A DNA stretch of 63,730 bases, the filler included, from Reclinomonas americana ATCC 50394 (Eukaryota), in NCBI GenBank assembly GCA_048213135.1. It is 4 parts of one record of this genome, joined end to end, with 100 filler letters (N's around TTAATTAATTAA, not from the genome) between each part and the next. Parts side by side here need not be neighbours in the genome. Positions count along the whole stretch, not along the records: positions 1 to 24,426 come from PS015028.1; 3 more parts are not named here. The stretch is one strand, 5' to 3'. This document shows, one piece after another, positions 12,801 to 24,526 of the stretch. A program made the position numbers and the translations under genes. The notes under the pieces were generated by a model that had not been told where the DNA came from, searched no databases, and saw only the letters and a list, made by a program, of their open reading frames with translations. Each line of letters starts with the position of its first letter. Position 1 is the stretch's first letter.

Positions 12801-15800
12801 CTTCTTTCAACAGTCTGACTCTCTGTCTTGTCACGATGCTGCGCAGTGTCGCCGACAACGTGACGAGTACGAAGACGACTCCGATGTGGAGGACATGGAT
12901 GTGTGTGAATCGCTCGACGGCGTCGGCGACAAGCTCGAGAGACGTGCGTCGCAGGAGTCGCTGGAGTCGCTGAGCCAGGTTGTAGCCCCACAGAGTGCTG
13001 TGGCTGACGCGGACGAGAGGCCGCGTACTCGCAGCGTGCGTGTGGCGATGACGCCGACCAACTTGGATGACGAGCCGCCCGTTTCTGCTCGGCGACCTGC
13101 GACACCCCTGCAGCAGCCGACCGCCGGTCTACTGCGGCGCTTCTGGACTGCCTCTCGAGCGCTAACTATGCGCTTTGTGGCCAACAAGTGGTTCGGGCGC
13201 ACAGTACTTGCCGTCATTCTCCTCAACACGCTTGCTCTCGCCTTGCAATACTACAATATGCCGAAGATACTCAAGTCCATTCTCGGTGAGTGTGACAGAC
13301 AACAACATGCGGCGTGCTCACGTGTGTACACTGAGCGCTCACTATGCCGACCAGATGCCGGCGACGTGACCTTTACTGTGTTTTTCGTCTGTGAGATGGT
13401 GCTCAAGGTGTACGCCATGGGAGTACGAGACTATCTGAATTACACCTTTAACATCTTTGATGGTACGTCTGCTGCAAGTGCGCTCATTGTCGTTTTTTAA
13501 CCCCTCGTGTTGAATGGCGCAATAGGTGTGGTGGTCATCGTCAGCATTATTGATCTCTCCATCACGTCCCCGGATGGAGGGACATTTGGTTTCTCCGTGT
13601 TGCGCTCACTCCGCGTGCTTCGTATCTTCAAGTTGTTCAAGTTGAGTACTGTTTCCTGATGTACCGCTGTCTAGACCCCCGAGCTGACGCGTGCCGCTGT
13701 ATTATCAATCCGCAGGAGCGCCACTCGTCTGAATGGTGTCATGAAAATCATCACCAAGGCCATTATCAACATTGGCTACCTCAGCTTGGTCATCTTGCTG
13801 TTCTTGTTCGTCATTGCTCTGATCGGTACGTGGCAGCTACTCACAGTCAGTCTATATTGTGGTGATGTGTTAATTGCTGACTCTCTCTGGCATGCACACG
13901 CGCAGGCATGCAGATCTTCGGCACCAGCATGGATCCCAATGTCAGCAGCAACCGGGCCAGCTTCAATGATTTTGTGTGGGCCTCGTTGACGGTGTTCCAG
14001 CTCATTACCAGCGAGAACTGGAACGACGTTCTCACCAAGGGCATGAATGCAGCCGGCGTCGTCTCGTCCATTTTCTTTGTGTCGGTGGTGGTCTTTGGCA
14101 ACTGTATCCTTTTTTTTGATTGCTGCCTGTTGTTGTCGATTTGCTGTGCTGGTCTGACCTCCTTAACTTGCTCCGGCTCATCACAGTCATTCTTCTCAAC
14201 CTGTTCCTCGCCATTCTCATCCGAAGCTTTGACGAACGCCAGAAGAAGAAGGAGAAGAGGGTTCGCTGTGCAGTCGCACGTGCTGAGCACGCAAGCTTCG
14301 ACTCACTTGCCTGCGCGTCATGTGCAGGAGGAGGCTCGGAAGGGCAAGGGCGAAAACGACAACGGCGAGCAAGACAGCACCGATTCATCGTGCAGTTCTG
14401 AGGATTCGCTGATTTTCCTCCAAGCTCCACAGCTGCGCTTCTCTTTTATCTCGCATGCAAACGGTGCGGATCGTTGTCAAACATACTTTCTCTGTCTTTC
14501 CCCCCTTGTCGTTAAACTATCCAGCACAGACTCCCAGATCGATGCCACCAAAGAGAATCAGGATGCCGAGGCTGAGGTGCGTCCACTGCTGCTGCTGCCC
14601 ACCGAACAAAAAACAGACAGCACAATGAGCTCATCATCGCCTTTACCCGTGACTGCAGAAACCGCCTCCAGAAGTCACTGTGGAGGGCAAGAGCACTCCA
14701 GAAGTCACTGCCACCCCCGGTGTAGTGCCACATCTGCAGACAAGTTACGTCGATTGCGCGCACATGCAGCAATCAATCATCAATCCAACCATTACCAATT
14801 GTGCAGTGAGCGGTGATAGCATCCACCCGGCCGCACTGCTGTTTCGCATGCGAAAGCAATCGGTGCTCGGCAAGAAGGGCTTTTCGATCAAGCCGCACAA
14901 GAAGCGGCGGCGTTCGCCAGCTGTGGCACCCAGTACCGACAACTCGCTGTCGACAGGTCTATAATAGATCTATCGCGAGGGGGAGTCTGCTGCAAAATAC
15001 TCACACGCCACCTGTGTTGCAGTATCGGCCGGTGCACCTCTACGCAGCCTCTCGCGTCAGCGACTGTTGGCAGCAGCTGGCGAGGTGGAAGAAGTGTTGC
15101 ACAACTCCAGCTGGCGAAGTCAGCGTGGCCTGACGAGCGATCTGCCTCGCGGACGCAGCATGCGATTTGCTCAGGCCGCATCGGCTCATTCTGGTGCGTA
15201 CATGTGCATCACAAGATCTCTCACACTCGACTTTTCTCACAATATGCAGATGCCGATGCCCGTTCACACCTCTCCGATGAGATGTCCTCCGAGGGCTCTG
15301 CCGGTGCCCTCTTTGATGAGTCAGAGGTACGCACGCAAGCTTCTTCATTTTGTGCTCACAAACTCACCACTCGAGTGCAATGCAGTCTTCAGACGACTCG
15401 ACCGAGTCGCCAGCCGATGAGTTCGACCCGGTTCTCGGCTACCTCAAGGTCCAAGAAGCACAACAGCACGCCAGACCGCGGTGGTGTGGGTGTGTAGCTT
15501 TGGTACATCTTTCAGTTTCCCAACATGCTTTTATTCACTGGCATCCACGCAGTTGTTTGTGCGCGTGCACTCACAAACGACATGGAGATCAGGACGACAA
15601 CGAAGAGAAGAGCGCGGGCAGTGACGAATCCGACACCGTCGGCTGGTCCGACGACGAAGACGATGCTGGCGAGGGGGAGGGCCGCCAGCATACCGGCGGC
15701 ATACGGTCCATGTTTGTGCAAGACAACGATCCTGCGAACAAGTCCACAGAGTGGATTCAGCAGCAGCTCAGCAAATTGCGATCACCAGGCACGCGAAAGG

Positions 15801-18800
15801 CCAGCAAGAGTTGCGTCTGTCTCTCCACCCATAGTTTTCGTCACCGCGATCCGTCCCTGATGCGCCTGTGACAGGCAAGCCATCCGGCAAAGACAGCGAA
15901 GCAGGCAACAGTGCTGCAGATCGATCTCCGCACTCTCGACTGTCACAAGATGCGGGCTCATCAGCCTCCAGTGGTGCTCGCAAGAGCCCGCCGCCGCCGC
16001 CACCGCCGCCGGTCGATCGTCGCAGCAGTCGCAGCAGTTCTGTTGCCTTGTCAACGACGCCGTCAGAATCGGCCGTCGTCAATGTGCGGGCCATCTCGCA
16101 ACAATTGCAGCACGAGGGCAGCTTGCCGAGCGACCTCAAGCAGAAGGTCGACGGCCTCCTCATTCGTGGACCGAGCGTGGATGCCCTGCGCTCCAAGTAT
16201 GTGCAGTTGTGGCACGCGATGTATCGTTCGTTGTAGCTAACTCACGGATGAGATTGCAGTCGTCGATGTGTGGACACATTCTGTTGCTTGGAGGTGGGCG
16301 AGAACGGCTCACGAGCGTTGCGTCGGCCGCATGAAGCAAGTTGCTCCAGTGACGTTTGTTGAAACTTACACCCACGATGGTTATATCGCAGGCCGAAAGA
16401 GTTCTCCAACTTGGAAGGTCACTCTCTTCACACAATGTCTATGCTGGGAAGAGAAAAGCATTGTGAAACTCACACTACGCTCTTTCTCCGGTCGCAGAAT
16501 TGTCGCTGGGCTTCTTGAGCAAGGACAACTTGATTCGCATCCTTGCTGGCCGATTGACATTCTCGAAACTGTTCGAGTTCATTGTGGTCATGGCGATTCT
16601 GGTCAGCAGCGCCAGTCTCGCCATCGACCATCCGAATCTGTCCATTACCTCCACTGTTACGTGCAACGGTGGTGTGCAGCTGGATGGCATGCATTCTGAA
16701 TGTTGTTTGCCACAGCGGTACGTAGTTCTGCAGATACTCAACGAAGTGACGCTTGTCATTTTTGCTGTGGAGGCTGTGGCGAAGATCATCACCCTCGGCT
16801 TCGTGTCCGGCAAGGTTCCTTGACCACACAATCTCTACATGCGAAGATGTGGTGAACTGTTTGCTAACAGGCCACACACAACAGACGACATATCTACGCC
16901 AACCGTGGAATGTGCTTGATTTTTTCATCCTCATCGTGTCGGTAATTACGGAGGTGGCCAGCACATCGGCCATCAGTTCTCTGAAGTCGGTACGAAGAAA
17001 TTGTTGTCGTCGCACCATTGCTTCATACTGATGTTACTGGTCCATGACCAGCTACGTCTATTCCAAGTCATTCGACCTCTGCGTGTGCTGTCACGATCCA
17101 AGGGTCTTCGCATCGTGGTGGTTTCGCTTCTCGGTGCAATCCCGTACATTGGGCATGTCGTGATCGTGGCCGGTATTATCTACCTGCTGTTTGGCATTGT
17201 GGGCGTGCAGTTCTTCGCCGGCACCTTTTACCAGTGCACCGATCCCGACATCACGACCTTGAATGTGCGTGTGGTGCCGTACATCGCAACCAGTGCCGGT
17301 AGATGTTACTGACAATGATACTCCCCTCACAGGCGTGCGTGGGAACTTTTGTCGACAGCGACGGGCTGGTAGCCACACGACAGTGGGTGTCCGACAACGG
17401 CAACTTTGACAACATTCTCAACGCTATCCTCGGTGCGCCGCAACGTGCTAACTCGTCTCTTGCGCCACTCACTCACTGACTTTGCGTGGCACAGTGCTGT
17501 TTGAGTTGTCGACGCTGGAGGGCTGGCCTCTGCACATGTACCGCGGCATTGATTCAGTCGGTGAGTCTTGCTGGCAGATACCGTTTGAGTGACGTTCATG
17601 CTGCTCATGCGTGTGCTTACAGGCGTCGGCGTGGCTCCACAACTCAACAATCGACCGTACATGGGACTGTACTACGTGGGCTTCATTGTCGTTGGTGCCT
17701 TCTTTGTCATGAATCTGCTGGTCGGAGTCATCATCCGGAACTTCAACCGCGTCAAAGCCGATTTAGATGGCTTGCTCTTCTTGACAGCGGTTCGGCCACG
17801 CAGGCACGCAGTTTGCTGCGCCACTCCCCTCTCTTATTTTGTGCATGTGTGTCTGTCTGTGCACAGGCCCAGCAAGAGTGGCAGGAAACAGAGCGAGTGT
17901 TGATGCACTTCAAGCCGATCTTCCGACCACAGCCGCCGAAAAACCCCATCCGCCTCTTCTGTTATCGCATCGTCAGCTCGGTCGTGTTCGAAGCCATCGT
18001 TGAGTAAGCAAGTGCGCCACGCATCACCTACTGCTACCGCTGCGGCATGCTTATTTTCCCTTGTCGTTCAGGTCACGGTCTTGCTGGTACTGAACATCAT
18101 CGCCATGATGACCGAGCACTATCCGTCTCCCGACTCGTACGACAAGGCACTGGAAATGGTGAATCTCATCTTTACCGGCATCTTCACCGTCGAAGCGGCG
18201 CTCAAGATGATTGGCAACTCGCCGCGTGGGTGCGTTTCCTGCACACCTGCACCGACTTTACATGTGTGTGCCGCCTCTCACTCACCCCTCGACAGGTACT
18301 TCCGCGACCCGTGGAACACGTTTGATTTCATCATTCTGGCCTTGTCGTGGTTCGGCCTGTTGGCCGAGATGCTCACCACAGCAGCACTGCAGCCGTCGAT
18401 TCTGCGAGTGTTCCGCAGTTTCCGCCTTGTGCGCATCTTGCGTCTCCTCAAGAGCGCCAAGAGTGTGCGGCTGTTGTTGCAGGTGCGTAAAGGAGATCTT
18501 CTGTGCGCGACTGCTGACCGACCATTCATTCTCTCAATGTGTTGTGCCTCACTGCCAGACCATCTACTACGCCATTCCGTCCCTGTTCAACGTCGGCACC
18601 TTCCTTTTCCTCTTGTTCTTCATGTACGCCGTACTGTGCGTGAACCTGTTCTGGAACGTGAAGGATGGCGCTGCACTCAGTGAGCACGCTAATTTCTCAG
18701 TTGCGTCTGCGAAGCTGTCGGTGCATGTGTCATACGCCGTCTCACCGTACGCACCTCTGCAGACCTTTGGAGTGGCCATGCTTACGCTGCTGCGCATGAG

Positions 18801-20168
18801 TACTGGTGAAAACTGGAACGGCATCATGCGTGACTGCATGGTGGAGCCACCGACGTGCAGCGATGATTTGGTTTCGTTGTCGTTGCTGTCATCCCATCAA
18901 TGCAAGCACTTGCATTCTCACCATTGCGGTGTGTGCAGGGCAACTGCGGAACCTCGTGGGCCTGGCTCATTTTCGTCACATTCATGTTGATCGGCTCGTT
19001 TGTGATGACCAATCTGTTCATTGCTGTCATTCTCGACGAGTTCTACAACACCATGCGCATCGAGGAGAGCCCTCTGAAATCCGACGACTTGTTCCGGTGC
19101 GTCCCACCCCCCGTTAATGCACCAGTTTTCACATTCACTGCTCCCCTTCTCGTGTACTTATGTACTGCACTCGCGTCGTCATCAGATTCATCGAGGTGTG
19201 GGCCAAGTTTGATCCTGGAGCCACCCACTTGATTCCCACGGTACGTGTAACAGCAGCTTCGCGACCTATTTCCGTCTGTATCGCAGTGCACTAATTGAGT
19301 TCCGATCTTCAGTGCCAACTGAAAGCACTGTTGGCGGAACTCGGCGAGCCACTGGGTCTGGAGAAGGATGTCGGCCGCGCACTTGTCATTCGAAAGATGG
19401 TGTCGCTCGACATTCCCGACCGCGGCGGCGTCATCCACTTTGTAGAGACGCTGATTCCACTGGCCCGCAAGGTCTTCAAGATCATTCTGCCGGAGAGGAC
19501 GCGGCGACATCACGAGCGCATCTGGAAACGCGCCTTCCCCTCACTTCAGAATCTGCCGAGTCCGCGATACTTTTGTGGCGAGTACTTTGCCGCCACATAC
19601 ATTCAGGCCGCATACAAGGGCCGCAAGACACGGCAAGCCATTCGGTCAACTTTCTTCCACGTGCCAGCCAAGCACGCAGCGATAGCCGACTCCACGCAGC
19701 AGCTGCCGCACAGTGCGTCCTGCCATTTTTGCCATTTGTACAACCCCCCTTTCCCTCTCTCATTTCTCACCTGCTCACAGCCGACGACCAACCGTGCCTC
19801 ACGAACGACGAAATGCTCCGACTGCGGGCCACTGGCCAGCAGGCCTTTGTGTACTTCCGCACGCAGTCCACTGGCGAGCTGGTGCGGGTGGCCTTTACGC
19901 GCGACGAGAAGAAGCGAGGGCGCGTGCACAACTTCCTCGAGGTACGTACGAAGAGCACGTACAGCACAGCGAGGCACCGACTTTTTGTTTCTCATTCTTC
20001 GTTCCCTTTCCGCGGCAGCTCTCGACGGCCACGAGAACCGAGCTCATCACCTTCCCGCGTGCCTCTGAAGAAAACATTATCGTGACTCCGTCGGACGATG
20101 CGAGCACAAGTGTGAGCTCTCGTTCGCGCACGCATCGCCGGCGACGCCACAGGTCACCTAGAACATAA
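9837..20168 (+). CDS. Four-domain voltage-gated Ca2+ channel alpha-1 subunit (about 40 introns)
   Basis: Four S4 segments ([55 protein letters not shown]). Pore loops TLEGW/TSENW/TLEGW/TGENW give an EEEE filter. EF-hand-like [10 protein letters not shown] and IQ motif [13 protein letters not shown] in the C-tail. Confidence 0.95.
10919..11004 (+). other. U12-type (minor spliceosome) AT-AC intron
   Basis: Donor ATATCCTTC, branch TCCTTGAC at 10975-10982, acceptor TAC. Removal restores [18 protein letters not shown] (IS1). Confidence 0.92.
14104..14186 (+). other. U12-type GT-AG intron
   Basis: Donor GTATCCTTT, perfect branch TCCTTAAC at 14160-14167, acceptor CAG. Removal restores [15 protein letters not shown] (IIS6). 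Confidence 0.93.
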
Positions 20169-20191
20169 TTAATGATATTGTAAATTGACTA

Positions 20192-23097
20192 CTATCTCGC
20201 ATATGGGTAGCCGCTATCTAGTGCTGGCGGCGGCGGCGGCGGCGGTGGCGGTGGTGGAGGTGGTGGCGGCGGAGGTGGTGGCGGCGGCGGAGGTGGTGGA
20301 GGTGGTGGTGGAGGGAGAGCTGCTGGCAGGCTGGGCGACGCAACAGCAATAGTGGGAGCTGTTGCTGCATTATTGCTCTGCACAACGCGCTTGTAGTCTG
20401 CACCACGACCCAGCAGTGTCATTCCTTTCGTGAACTCGATCGCATGGCATCAACGAGAAGAACGCAACGCTCATTCCACGATGCAAGCGCCTCCAGGTAG
20501 GCGCGCAGTTGTGCTGCATTGTCAGCTGCTGTGACGAACGGTGAGACACCCACACAACACAGACGTGCTCCACATCAAGCACACACACACGCACACACAC
20601 CTGCCGGCGTCTGCGATTGCAGCGGCTGTGTTGATGACATGGGTGGGGCCATGGCACCACTGGCGGTAGACTGGCGCGCAGCCACAGATGCCGCCGCGGC
20701 CGCAGCAGCAATGGAGGGTCCGAGCAGTGCAAGTGCATTTGGTGGCACTGACGGCTGCGTGAAGGTGGCGGCAGTCGTCGTCGTCGTCGTCGTCGTCGTG
20801 CTCGCCAAGGAATTCCGAGCCGCCGACATGACGGCGGCCGCAGCGGCCGCCGCTGCAGCAGCTGGCAGTGACGCACTGCCACCATTGTGTTGCGGCAATG
20901 AAGCCAAGAGTTGCGTGAGCATGAACCCGCCGGTCATGGGAAGGCCTGTATTCAACCGACATGAGCATCACAGCGCACGCTGTCTTTGGAACAGGCAAAC
21001 GACTACCGAACCTGCAACGGCAGCCACCGCACTGGTGAGTCCCGGAGATGCCTGCTGTTTGACTGCATCATCACAGGGAAAAATGAGTGTCATTGTTCCA
21101 TGCCACCATTATCCACAAAGCGATAACTCACCAACAGGCGCTCCGGTGGACGACAGCGCCGTCTGCGACTTGCGGCTTGCGGACATCAACCCGAATCGCT
21201 CCAGCACCATGTCGGCAAGCTCACGCGGATCACCTGCACACGCAATGGTGGGTGAGAGAAAGTACTGGCTGGACACGGAGGGGGGAAGAATGGACGCACG
21301 CAGATACTGCTCCTGAAAGCAGTAGCTAAACCCCGGTTTCCTTCCGTCACCGTCAATGTGCGTCTTCTGAATGATCACGACCGCGCACAGCACATTGGCA
21401 ATATCGTAGAGACGGCGGATCTTGCTGGCGGCTGTGGCACACGGGTGAGTGCCTGTCGTGAACAGACATGCACAAGGTACACCGCAACATTGCTTCTCCT
21501 GGGTCGTGGGATTGACGGGTGTGCCCAGCAGCTTCTGTGCGATGACGTCGAGCGAGAGCGGCCGCCTCTGAAGCACGACAATTATGAGCACAGGCGGTGG
21601 AATAGATTACGCATTCAAGCACGCACGCACGCACCCTCGCCGGCGGCATGGTCAAGAACAACTGAATGAAGCGACGGCTGAGCAAACCCAGCGACTTTTC
21701 CCGTCCACCCTGTCGACCATCTCCATCATCGCCGATCGCAGACTGCACGTCAAAATCGTGCTCCTCTTCGCTCGCCGCAGCCATGCTCGCCGCCGCGACC
21801 AGTGGTGCAAACGGTGACGCAGATGACGCAGATGACGAGGATGACGACGCCATGAGCACCGTGATCGAGGGCCCTGAAGCAGCAGAAGCACCTCCAGCGA
21901 CCGCCGGTGACATGAACATCTGCACAGGCGTGCACACAGGTCAGTGTCCAGCATCACACGTGTGATGATGGTGGAAGTGAATGAGCGGAACTGGTTGCGG
22001 CTCGGCTGTCGACAACGTGGCATTGGTCCCATCTGTACCCTCACTGTGGCCGCCCCCTCCATCAGTTTAGCAATGTGGAGGCGACATGACGTGTGTATAC
22101 CACGCAACTTGCCGCCTGGCTTGCCACACACCGCGGCCTTGGAGTCCATGTCGCGCGCACGTGTGCTGCTCGTGCCAGCCACCAAGAAATCCGCATCCGT
22201 CATGCCTTGCGCCTCATCCTGCACGGCATTGTGCACAATGGGTATTTTGTGGAATGCAGTGCATCAAAGAGCACCACACACCTCCATTCGCCGAAGCACA
22301 CCAGCAACGCCACTCAAGCCCTTCCATCGGTAGCTGTTCTTCGCGATCCGTACCACCACTTCGATACTCTCGAGCACGTTCACAATGTCGTAGATTCGAC
22401 GCCGCTCAACACCTATGCAGTCAGTGAGCAGACTGAACAAGATACGGATACAACTGCGGGAGAACCACCCACCAAGAATCGTGGCTGCGCGATCAATGCA
22501 AATGTCGTGGTCCAACATGGGCCCATAGTGTCCGATAAACCTGGAGAACAGAAAAAAAAACAGGGAGCGTGTGAGCAACGACAGGAGTGGCACGCCACCC
22601 AGGCGGCCGTCTCACCGTGCACACAAAGTGCCGAGGCTCTTGTCCTTGCGCGAGTAGTACATTTTCGAACTGGGATCGCCAGCCACTCCACGCGGCTGCA
22701 CCATTGTGTACTTGCTCGGCGCGGTGTCGTCATACAAAAACTGCGGCCGACGCGCTGCTAAGGCAGCAAGCCTGGCCGCATCCTCTGCTGCCGACGACGG
22801 CGACGACGACGAAGGAGGCGGTGGTGGTGGTGGCGGCGGTGGTGGCCGTGGCGGTGCCACGTAACGCGACGACTGGGCGGCAAGCGACGAGGGCTTCGAG
22901 GCGCCACGAGCAGACGTGCCCTTGGCTGGCGACTCGGACGAGAGTACCAGTGCTCGTGATCGCTTCGCCGCAGCCGTGGCCGCCGCGGTGACCGCTGCCG
23001 CGGCCGCCACCGAGGGTGACGTGGGCGACGTGGGCGACAGTACCGACTTTCCCGCTGCCTTGGTGGGGGTCGTGCGTGGCGAGCTGGCCGGCGCGTG
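20192..23097 (-). CDS. Atypical E2F (E2F7/8-DEL type, two DNA-binding domains), 5' part in or beyond the gap
   Basis: DBD1: YSRKDKSLGTLCAR...VERRRIYDIVNVLES...KNSYRWKG. DBD2: REKSLGLLSRRFIQLFL...KIRRLYDIANVL...RKPGF. Poly-Pro tail. Confidence 0.9.
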
Positions 23098-24025
23098 CTG
23101 CAAAGAAAATAATGTCTCTCAGTTTAGAAAAGAAGAACCCTGGCCAAACCGANNNNNNNNNNNNNNNNNNNNNNNNNNNNNNNNNNNNNNNNNNNNNNNN
23201 NNNNNNNNNNNNNNNNNNNNNNNNNNNNNNNNNNNNNNNNNNNNNNNNNNNNNNNNNNNNNNNNNNNNNNNNNNNNNNNNNNNNNNNNNNNNNNNNNNNN
23301 NNNNNNNNNNNNNNNNNNNNNNNNNNNNNNNNNNNNNNNNNNNNNNNNNNNNNNNNNNNNNNNNNNNNNNNNNNNNNNNNNNNNNNNNNNNNNNNNNNNN
23401 NNNNNNNNNNNNNNNNNNNNNNNNNNNNNNNNNNNNNNNNNNNNNNNNNNNNNNNNNNNNNNNNNNNNNNNNNNNNNNNNNNNNNNNNNNNNNNNNNNNN
23501 NNNNNNNNNNNNNNNNNNNNNNNNNNNNNNNNNNNNNNNNNNNNNNNNNNNNNNNNNNNNNNNNNNNNNNNNNNNNNNNNNNNNNNNNNNNNNNNNNNNN
23601 NNNNNNNNNNNNNNNNNNNNNNNNNNNNNNNNNNNNNNNNNNNNNNNNNNNNNNNNNNNNNNNNNNNNNNNNNNNNNNNNNNNNNNNNNNNNNNNNNNNN
23701 NNNNNNNNNNNNNNNNNNNNNNNNNNNNNNNNNNNNNNNNNNNNNNNNNNNNNNNNNNNNNNNNNNNNNNNNNNNNNNNNNNNNNNNNNNNNNNNNNNNN
23801 NNNNNNNNNNNNNNNNNNNNNNNNNNNNNNNNNNNNNNNNNNNNNNNNNNNNNNNNNNNNNNNNNNNNNNNNNNNNNNNNNNNNNNNNNNNNNNNNNNNN
23901 NNNNNNNNNNNNNNNNNNNNNNNNNNNNNNNNNNNNNNNNNNNNNNNNNNNNNNNNNNNNNNNNNNNNNNNNNNNNNNNNNNNNNNNNNNNNNNNNNNNN
24001 NNNNNNNNNNNNNNNNNNNNNNNNN

Positions 24026-24411
24026 CCGAGCCGCAGAAGAGGAAGACCACGAGCAAGGCCGCAGCAGCGTCAACTCAGCGGCCTGTCGTCGGCAAGTCAA
24101 AAGCAGCGGCAGCGACGCCATTTGTGCCGCTTGTGCGCCCTCGAGTGGGCGACGACGGCTATCCGGTGTTTGACTCGCTGCTCGACGATGAGGACGACAG
24201 TGAGAATATGCAGTCGTCGCAGGAGTCGCGATCAGTGCCGTCGACGCATGCGGACATCTCCATCAGTTACTCGCCGCGCGCCACCTCAATCACCCTCGCC
24301 GATCTGAGTGGCGCTGACCGGAAGCGCCGGCGTGCTGCTGGCGAGAGCGCCGATATCGAGTCAACCATGTCGCCGCCTCGCAAGCGCCACGAGTCGGACG
24401 CGAGCCGCAAG
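24026..24411 (+). CDS. Exon fragment of a low-complexity nuclear protein, possibly a flipped 5' exon of the E2F gene
   Basis: Open frame with basic NLS-like DRKRRR and SPPRKRH, ending at an AAG|GTGTGT donor. The contig is isolated between gaps. Confidence 0.4.
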
Positions 24412-24470
24412 GTGTGTCGTGTATGCNNNNNNNNNNNNNNNNNNNNNNNNNNNNNNNNNNNNNNNNNNNN

Positions 24471-24482
24471 TTAATTAATTAA
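24471..24482. other. Artificial six-frame-stop scaffold linker
   Basis: TTAATTAATTAA flanked by about 44 N on each side. Confidence 0.97.
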
Positions 24483-24526
24483 NNNNNNNNNNNNNNNNNN
24501 NNNNNNNNNNNNNNNNNNNNNNNNNN

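Noticed and set aside
24471-24482. Palindromic TTAATTAATTAA repeated three times in the window
   Set aside because: Always centred in about 44+44 N: an artificial six-frame-stop linker. Gene neighbourhoods across it are meaningless.
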